From: Deltaproteobacteria bacterium
GTDB taxonomy: Bacteria > Desulfobacterota > Desulfarculia > Adiutricales > Adiutricaceae
Direction of reading: 5' to 3'
DNA length: 64,000 nt
Assembly (NCBI GenBank): GCA_031288415.1
Contig: JAITRL010000298.1
Coordinates: 7,262 to 71,261, forward strand
Below the pieces are notes generated by a model that saw only the letters and a list, made by a program, of their open reading frames with translations, was not told the DNA's origin and ran no database searches. A program made the translations under genes and the position numbers. This document shows, piece after piece, positions 57,694 through 64,000 of this stretch. Each line of letters opens with the position of its first letter. Position 1 is the first letter of the stretch.

Positions 57694-58134
57694 ATGAAGA
57701 AACTTCTCTTGCTGATGGCCGTGTTCGCCCTGGCCCTGCCGCTGGCAGGCTGCGCCAAGAGGGCCGTCGACACCGGCGTGTCCGCTGACGATGCCCTGAG
57801 GCTGGCGTTCTTGAACGACCACGTCTACTTCGACTTCGACCGTTACAACATCCGTGCCGACCAGGTCCCCACCCTGCAGGCCAAGGCCGCTTACCTCAAC
57901 GCCACCGGAGGCTCCAGCGAACTCCAGGGCTATGCGGATGAGCGCGGCACCGAGGCCTACAACCTGGCCCTGGGCGATCGCCGCGCCAAGAGCGCCCGGA
58001 ACTACCTCGTAGATCTGGGCATCAACGGCAGCAGGCTGTACACGACCTCTTACGGCGAGTCCAACCCGCGCGACCCCGGCCACAACGAAGTCGCTTGGGC
58101 CCTCAACCGCAGGGTCGAGTTCACCCTCCGGTAG
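57694..58134 (+). CDS. pal: Peptidoglycan-associated lipoprotein (OmpA-family C-terminal domain)
   Basis: - Lipobox LPLAGC.
- VYFDFDRYNIRADQ...LQGYADERGTEAYNLALGDRRAKSARNYL...NRRVEF is the Pal/OmpA_C signature.
- The ATG at 57694 has better SD spacing than the ORF-track start at 57688. Confidence 0.85.
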   Translation: MKKLLLLMAVFALALPLAGCAKRAVDTGVSADDALRLAFLNDHVYFDFDRYNIRADQVPTLQAKAAYLNATGGSSELQGYADERGTEAYNLALGDRRAKSARNYLVDLGINGSRLYTTSYGESNPRDPGHNEVAWALNRRVEFTLR

Positions 58135-58178
58135 GTAAGCCGCCTCCACCCTTTGACAGGCCTCTGGCTCCCGCAAGG

Positions 58179-58211
58179 GGGCAGAAAGGGCCCGCCCTGA
58201 ACCCCGGGGCG
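58179..58211 (+). terminator. Rho-independent terminator after pal
   Basis: GGCCCGCC (58179-58186) pairs perfectly with GGCGGGCC (58198-58205) and is followed by TTTTTT (58206-58211). Confidence 0.6.
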
Positions 58212-59841
58212 GGCCTTTTTTCTTCGCGGCGCGGGTACCTGACGGCGGCGCTGGCGGCCCTCGGGTGAAGGGCCCATGCCCCCTGATGTCCCTGACGGAG
58301 CCAGGCCCTCGCCCCGTAAAGTCCCCGGGACCGCGAGGGCGGCGGCGGGCCCAGCCGTCCCCCCGCGCCGCGCGGGCTTTTCTCCCTATTCGGGGCAGGC
58401 CGCGGAAAGCCTTCCGCCTCCTGTCCCTGGAGCGGTTCAGGCCCCGGACGCGCCGCATTTCCCGCCCTCCGCAAGGGGCTTGCCGCCTGCGTTCGCGCCA
58501 AGCCTTGCGCGGACCGCCTGTCCTTCCCCCGGCGGCAAGCGCTTTCCCTTACCCGGAGAGAGCGGGCGCCTATGTCCGGCTTATGTCCGGCAGTCTCCCC
58601 CCGCGCCGGAAGCGTTTCCCCTGCCTCGCCAAGAAAGCTCCGGACCCTGCGGGGAGATTCGTCTCCCTGCGGCCCGTTCGTGAATTCGTTCGGAACGCCG
58701 TCCGCTCGGGCGCGGTTTCCTGCATCCGATCGCGCTCTTTTTCGGAAATCCTCCCGCCGCTTCTTTTTTGCCCCTCCCTGCCTGGCCGGCCCGGACCGCG
58801 GCCGGCCGCCTGGAGGCCGGTTCCCGGCGTCTTCAAGCCCTTGTCTTCCCTCAGGCGCCGCAAGGGCTTTTCCCAGTCTCCCCGCGCAAGGGGCGCGCCG
58901 CGATCCGCCGTATTCCGGTATGCCGCCGCCCCGGCCCGTTCGGCCTGTCCCCCGCGGCGCGGCGTAACGGTTTTTCCGGGGCCATCCGCCCGTCAAGGCC
59001 GTAAAGGCGAACCCAGGGTCAATCCCGCCTGCGGGGTCCGTCTCAGGCTTCCTCTGAACCCATGCTTCCCCTGAAACTCAGGCCCCTTGAGGCCTTAAGG
59101 CGCGCCGCGGGGGGCTTGTTTTCCTTTTCGGCCCGCGCCTTGCGGCCAGGGCGGCCTCAGGCGGCCGTTCCATGTCCTGCCTCCCCGCGGACGGCCCCCC
59201 CATCCGCCGCGGCCGGCCGCGGAAGCGCCAGGAATCCTGGACGGAGGCCCTGACCGGCCGAGCGAACGCTTCCGCCGCCCTGACCCTGGACGTGACTTTG
59301 CCGCCCTGCGCCTCGCCTGCCGGATCGGGCCTGCAGGCGCGCGGAGCCCCGCTGAATCGGCCCGGAATCCGGGCGGGAGGGTTTCGGGGGCGCGCCCGCA
59401 GGGCATCCTGCGCCGGACCGGCCGTCGGGGCCTTGTCCCGGGAGGGAGGAAGGCCGGCTCTTCAAGCGCCGGGCTTATCCGGAGCCCGTTCCCGCCGAGG
59501 CCGCCTTGAGCGCCGGGGAGAGGCGGGCGCAGGCCTTCGCGGGCGCGCGCCCGCGATCCCGCTGTCCTGCTCAAACTTGTGATCCTGGCTCCAATCAACT
59601 ACAATAATCCGACTATGCCTTCCGCTTCCCTGTCCAGACAGCCCCCGCCCAGGGCCCTTCCCGGACCGGCGACCGGGCCGCGGGGGAAAGCCTCCCGCCG
59701 CTTTCCCGGATCCCCTTCCCCAGAAAGGGCCCCGGTCCTTCCCGGAGGCCCGTCCAGGACCGCTTGGCCGCCCGAAGGCCGCCCTCCTGCCCGAAGGCCC
59801 GCCCGCCGCCGCGGGCGCTCCACGCAAGGAACTGAAAGCCT

Positions 59842-62031
59842 ATGCCGGAAACGGAACTTGACGAGGGACTGCTTCAGGAATTCATCACGGAGTCCAAAGA
59901 GCTCCTGGAAGAATTCACTTCCAGCCTCTCCGCCTTCGAAGGCGACCCGGGCAACCTGGAGCACATCAACCCCGTCTTCAGGGCCGCCCACACGCTAAAA
60001 GGCTCCTCCGCCTTCTTCGGCCTGAACCACATCAAGGACTTCGCCCACAAGCTGGAGAACCTCCTGGATGACATACGGCACGGGAAGCGCGAGGCCTCCC
60101 CCAAGGCCATCGAGTACCTGTTCCTGGCGGGCAACCATCTCAAGTCCATGTTCGACCGGCTCTCCAACGGGGACCGGTCGACGGCCCTGCTTCCGGAGGA
60201 GTCCCAGTTCCAGGCCGATCTGGTCGCCTTCATCGGCGGGCCCGGGGCCGCCGCCGCCGCAGGCGGCGGCGGCGACTTCAAGGACGCCTGCCAGAAGATC
60301 AAGGCCCTGCTCGCCGAGGCCCTGGACTCGGGGACCGATCCCGACCGCCTCATCCAGGACGTCACGGACATCGTCAACAAGCTTCCCCTGGAGGATTCGA
60401 GGAAGAAGGAAAGCAGGGCCGAACGGCCCAGACCGGACTCCGCCTCCTACCAGGGCACGGATCTGACCGGGCCGGTGACGGCCGCGTGGGATCTCCTCCA
60501 GGCTCCCGCCTTCGATCCGCAGGCCTTCGACAAATGCATGAAGGACCTCGCCGCCCAGGTGGAGGGCAACTCCTGGGAGCCCCTCAAGCCCGCTTTCGAG
60601 GAGGCCTCAAGCGACTTCACCGCGGTCTACGAAAGCGGCCTGGACTTCGACCCTATCCTGGTGGGCCTCGTCAAGAGCAAGTTCGAAAGCTTCCTCGACC
60701 TTCTCGACCTCGCCTACGCCGCGCCCCCCGACCCCCCGGCCGGCGAGGAGGGGCCGCGCCGCGAGGGCGGGGAGAAGGCCGAGGACAAAGACGCCAGGGG
60801 CGACGACAAGGCCAAGGAGAAGGAGAAGGCCGAGCGCAAGACCATGCGCATCTCCGAGGAGAAGGTGGACGGCTTCATGAGTTACGTGGGCGAGCTCATA
60901 GTGACCGCCGAGACCTTCAACTATCTCCAGAAGACCATAGAACAGGAGAAGGTCAACCCCAACACCATCCGCGCCTTCAAGAACGCCAACCAGGCCTTCC
61001 GGGAGCTTTCCGACGAGCTCCAGGAGAGCCTCATGGAGATCCGCCGGGTCCCCATCAAGGGCATCCTCCAGAAGGTGAACATGATGTCCAGGGAACTCTC
61101 CCACCAGCTGGGCAAGAAGGTCCGGGTGGTGCTGGAGGGACAGGATGTCCAGCTGGACAAGTCCATTGCCGAAAGCCTCGAGGCCCCCCTGGTCCACGTG
61201 GTCCGGAATTCCCTGGATCACGGCATCGAGCCCCCCGAGGCCCGCGAGGCCGCCGGCAAGTCCCCCGAGGGCATGCTCCGCGTCTCGGCCTCCGCCGACA
61301 AGGAGTTCTTCTACCTGGTGGTGGAGGACGACGGCCAGGGCATCGACCCCGACAAGATGCGCAAGGTCGCGGTCGACAAGGGGACCATGTCCGAGCCCCA
61401 GGCCCAGACCCTCACCGACAAGGAGGCCATCGGCCTCATCTTCGGGGCTGGCTTCTCCACCGCCAGGGAAATAACCGACGTCTCGGGCAGGGGCGTGGGC
61501 ATGGACGTGGTGCGCACCAACATCTCCTCCCTCAACGGCACCATCAGCGTCGACTCCCAAGTGGGAAGCGGAACCACCATCACCCTCAAGATCCCGCTCT
61601 CGGTCACCCTCCAGGTCATCAAGGCCCTCCACGTGCGCGTGGGCCAGGCCAACTTCATCATTTCCCTAGACGAGATCCTGGAGAGCCTCAGGCCCATGCC
61701 CGACGAGCTCTCCACCGTGGAGGGCCGCGGCCTGATCCTCAACCGGCGCGGCCAGATCACCCCTCTCATCAAGCTCTACGAGATCTTCGACCTCGAGCCC
61801 GAGCATCCCGACCCCGCCGACGGGCTCCTCGTCATGGTGGAGACCCCTGCGGGCCGTTACGCGCTCCTGGTGGACGAGGTGATGGGCCAGCAGCAGGTGG
61901 TCGTCAAGGAGCTCGGCGAGCAGTTCAAGCGCCTCAACTTCCTGGCGGGCTCGGCCCTCTTGGGGGACGGGGGCCTGGGCCTGGTGCTCGCTGCGGACGG
62001 CGTGGTGCGCCTGGCCTTCGGGCTCAACTGA
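59842..62031 (+). CDS. cheA: Chemotaxis histidine kinase CheA
   Basis: Hpt P1 (FRAAHTLKGSSAFFGL), the HATPase N/G boxes (VRNSLDHGIE, DDGQGID, GRGVGMDVV) and a C-terminal CheW-like domain. Confidence 0.9.
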   Translation: MPETELDEGLLQEFITESKELLEEFTSSLSAFEGDPGNLEHINPVFRAAHTLKGSSAFFGLNHIKDFAHKLENLLDDIRHGKREASPKAIEYLFLAGNHLKSMFDRLSNGDRSTALLPEESQFQADLVAFIGGPGAAAAAGGGGDFKDACQKIKALLAEALDSGTDPDRLIQDVTDIVNKLPLEDSRKKESRAERPRPDSASYQGTDLTGPVTAAWDLLQAPAFDPQAFDKCMKDLAAQVEGNSWEPLKPAFEEASSDFTAVYESGLDFDPILVGLVKSKFESFLDLLDLAYAAPPDPPAGEEGPRREGGEKAEDKDARGDDKAKEKEKAERKTMRISEEKVDGFMSYVGELIVTAETFNYLQKTIEQEKVNPNTIRAFKNANQAFRELSDELQESLMEIRRVPIKGILQKVNMMSRELSHQLGKKVRVVLEGQDVQLDKSIAESLEAPLVHVVRNSLDHGIEPPEAREAAGKSPEGMLRVSASADKEFFYLVVEDDGQGIDPDKMRKVAVDKGTMSEPQAQTLTDKEAIGLIFGAGFSTAREITDVSGRGVGMDVVRTNISSLNGTISVDSQVGSGTTITLKIPLSVTLQVIKALHVRVGQANFIISLDEILESLRPMPDELSTVEGRGLILNRRGQITPLIKLYEIFDLEPEHPDPADGLLVMVETPAGRYALLVDEVMGQQQVVVKELGEQFKRLNFLAGSALLGDGGLGLVLAADGVVRLAFGLN

Positions 62032-62096
62032 AAGGCGCCGCCGGCCCTTCCCCCCGCTCGCCCCGGGGCCGGCTTGCCCCCGGCTTTCCCTCGGAT

Positions 62097-62187
62097 GCCG
62101 GTCAGGCGGGGGGCTTCCCCTGGAGCGCCGAGCGGCCGGGCGGCTTGCCCAGGCTGGCCGGTCAGGCGGGGGGCTTCCCCTGGAGCG
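62097..62187. repeat. Perfect 31-bp direct repeat, two copies exactly 60 bp apart, in the cheA/cheD spacer
   Basis: GCCGGTCAGGCGGGGGGCTTCCCCTGGAGCG at 62097-62127 and at 62157-62187. Confidence 0.85.
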
Positions 62188-62661
62188 GCCGATCCCGAGG
62201 CCGGTTTCCGCCGGCCCGGCCGGAAGCTTCACCGGGAAGGCCGATATGCCGGGGGGTCACGCTTCATACGCGGGCATGGCCTTCCGCGCTCCCTGCCAGT
62301 TCCGGACACGCCCTGCGGGCTCGGGGCCGCGGCGGCGGCGCCGCGGCCCTGAGCCCGCCTCCTCACGCCCGGGGCCGGAATTTTCGCGCCAGGGACGTGA
62401 AAAGACCGCCGCGCGGCGGCTGTCGGCGCCGGACCGCGCCGCCGCCCCGGCCCCCCGGACTTTTTGCCTATGCCATGCCCGCCCCCGGCGCCGCCGCCTG
62501 ACGGGGCCGTTTGCGCTAAACGGCCTTCAGGGCTAAACTTATCAGGGCGCCTTCACGTCCCCTTTCCGCAGGCGGCTCAGGCCCCCGGACAAGGACCCGC
62601 CCGCGTAACATCCCCCTCTGTCCGGCTCCGCTAAGGGCGGGCGCCGGGAGGAAAAGCCTCC

Positions 62662-63756
62662 ATGACCGACATCGGCAAAGTTTTTCTGCTCCCCGGGGAG
62701 TACTTCATCAGCAAGCAGCCGCACGTCATCTCGACCCTGCTGGGGTCCTGCGTGGCCGTTTGCCTTTACCACCCCCAACTCAAGTTCGGGGGCATGAACC
62801 ATTTCATGTTGCCATCCAGCCCCTCCAAGGAGCGGAGCGGCAAATACGGCGACTACGCCACCGGAGTGCTCCTGCAGTTCATGGAGCGCACGGCGGGTTC
62901 CCTGTCCGGCCTCCAGGCCATCATCTCCGGGGGGGCCAACGTCATCAACGCCGTCTCTTCCGGGGTCCAGATCGGGCAACGCAACGTCGAGGTGGCCCGC
63001 GACATCCTGCGCAAGCATAACATCGCCGTCATCAAGGAGAACATCGGCGGGAACCTCGGCCTCAAGCTCCACTACCAGAGCTGGGACAACAAGCTCACGG
63101 TGGAGCCGATGGACCGCAACGCCATGAGCGGGTCGCTCATCAGCCGCGAGGAGGCCGGCCGCGGCGCGCCTGCCGCCCGCGCCGCCGCAGGCCCCGCCGC
63201 GGCCAGGCCCTCCGCCGGGGCCTCCCCGGCCGGTCCGACCCCCAAGCCGTTCTCCTCCCCGGCCCCCAAGCCGGCGGCCGCGGGCGGCCCGGCGGCCTCC
63301 TCCCCCGTCAAGGCGGGCGGGCGCATCAAGGTCCTCGTGGTGGACGACTCCTCCATCGTGCGCAGTCTCCTTACCAAAGCCATGGCGGATGAGCCGGACA
63401 TCCGGGTGGTGGGCGCCGCCAAGGACGCCTACGAGGCCCGTGAGATGCTCCTGGAGCTGGGCCCGGACGTCGTGACGCTGGACATCGTGATGCCGAAAAT
63501 GGACGGGGTGACTTTCCTCAAGAAACTCATGGTATACTACCCTGTGCCGGTCATCATCTGCAGCACCATAGCCAAGGCCGGCAGCGCCGCCGAGCTCAGG
63601 TCAGACAAGATAGGCGCCGTGGACGTCATCGACAAGGAAAGCCTTAACCTGTACCACGGCCTGGACACCGTCAAGAAGATCCTCATCCCGAAGATCAGGG
63701 CCGCCGCGCGTACCAGGGTCTCCAAGAAGTCCAAGGAGGAGGTGGCCGGCATCTAG
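62662..63756 (+). CDS. cheD: CheD chemoreceptor glutamine deamidase fused to a C-terminal CheB-type receiver (REC) domain
   Basis: - The N-terminal ~150 aa match CheD (LLGSCVAVCLYHP..GGMNHFMLP...GGANV...IGQRNVEVARDIL).
- After an A/P-rich linker comes a REC domain (KVLVVDDSSIVR...VVTLDIVMPKMDG...) resembling the CheB N-terminal domain.
- No methylesterase domain follows. Confidence 0.8.
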   Translation: MTDIGKVFLLPGEYFISKQPHVISTLLGSCVAVCLYHPQLKFGGMNHFMLPSSPSKERSGKYGDYATGVLLQFMERTAGSLSGLQAIISGGANVINAVSSGVQIGQRNVEVARDILRKHNIAVIKENIGGNLGLKLHYQSWDNKLTVEPMDRNAMSGSLISREEAGRGAPAARAAAGPAAARPSAGASPAGPTPKPFSSPAPKPAAAGGPAASSPVKAGGRIKVLVVDDSSIVRSLLTKAMADEPDIRVVGAAKDAYEAREMLLELGPDVVTLDIVMPKMDGVTFLKKLMVYYPVPVIICSTIAKAGSAAELRSDKIGAVDVIDKESLNLYHGLDTVKKILIPKIRAAARTRVSKKSKEEVAGI

Positions 63757-64000
63757 AAAGCCGCCCTTCCGCGGCCCTGCCCCCCGGAAGGCTGCGCCCG
63801 CCGGCGGCGAGGCCCTGGGCCCCTTGCGTATGAGGCGGCCGGGGCTCGCGGAGGATCTTGCCTCCGCAGGCCGCCGCCTGCGGCGTTCCGCTCTCCGGCC
63901 CCCGGAGAGCGGCAAAAGCCTCACGCCGGGGCTGTCCCCGCGCCGAGGCTTGCCTGCCCGCCGGAAGGCTTTCGCCATATCCGCCTCCCGGGCGCTGAGG

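Overview
High-GC (roughly 65-70%) bacterial chromosomal DNA. By gene content it looks Desulfobacterota/deltaproteobacterium-like, but that is a guess with no phylogenetic support.

Recognisable genes, in order:
- parB 3' end
- GT4 sugar-phosphate transferase
- an orphan ChlI-like AAA+ ATPase
- a low-GC islet: decayed IS630, a nested MITE-like element and an AAA-ATPase/PD-(D/E)XK gene
- an HD-GYP protein with a partly paralogous partner
- a large hybrid sensor kinase with periplasmic SBP domains
- cstA
- a cusC-cusF-cusB-(667-bp gap)-cusA copper/silver efflux cluster, preceded by a candidate secreted His-rich repeat protein
- malic enzyme
- an Rpn/YhgA-like PD-(D/E)XK nuclease gene followed by two C-terminal-only paralogous cassettes
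- a macro-domain/HTH fusion
- a frameshifted MTAN/MqnB-like nucleosidase
- a NAGPA-like protein and a DUF4198 protein
- a transposase remnant
- rpmE-prfA-prmC plus a large secreted protein
- an SDR epimerase, pal, cheA and a CheD-receiver fusion

By my annotation only about 60-65% of the window is coding. The long spacers are as GC-rich as the genes, ORF-poor and full of tandem or direct repeats.

Most interesting observations:
1. A helically phased array of at least 13 TTGTACAA palindromes (43-bp and 21-bp lattice) in a low-GC block at 19.9-20.6 kb.
2. The Rpn-like locus (34.9-39.2 kb), where hypervariable coiled-coil cassettes sit between conserved flanks.
3. A ~470-bp G-depleted pyrimidine tract with a 12-bp tandem repeat.
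4. The CheD-REC fusion.
5. A G7-AT-C7 palindrome that frameshifts the nucleosidase gene.

All family assignments come from reading the translations by eye. No database search was run.
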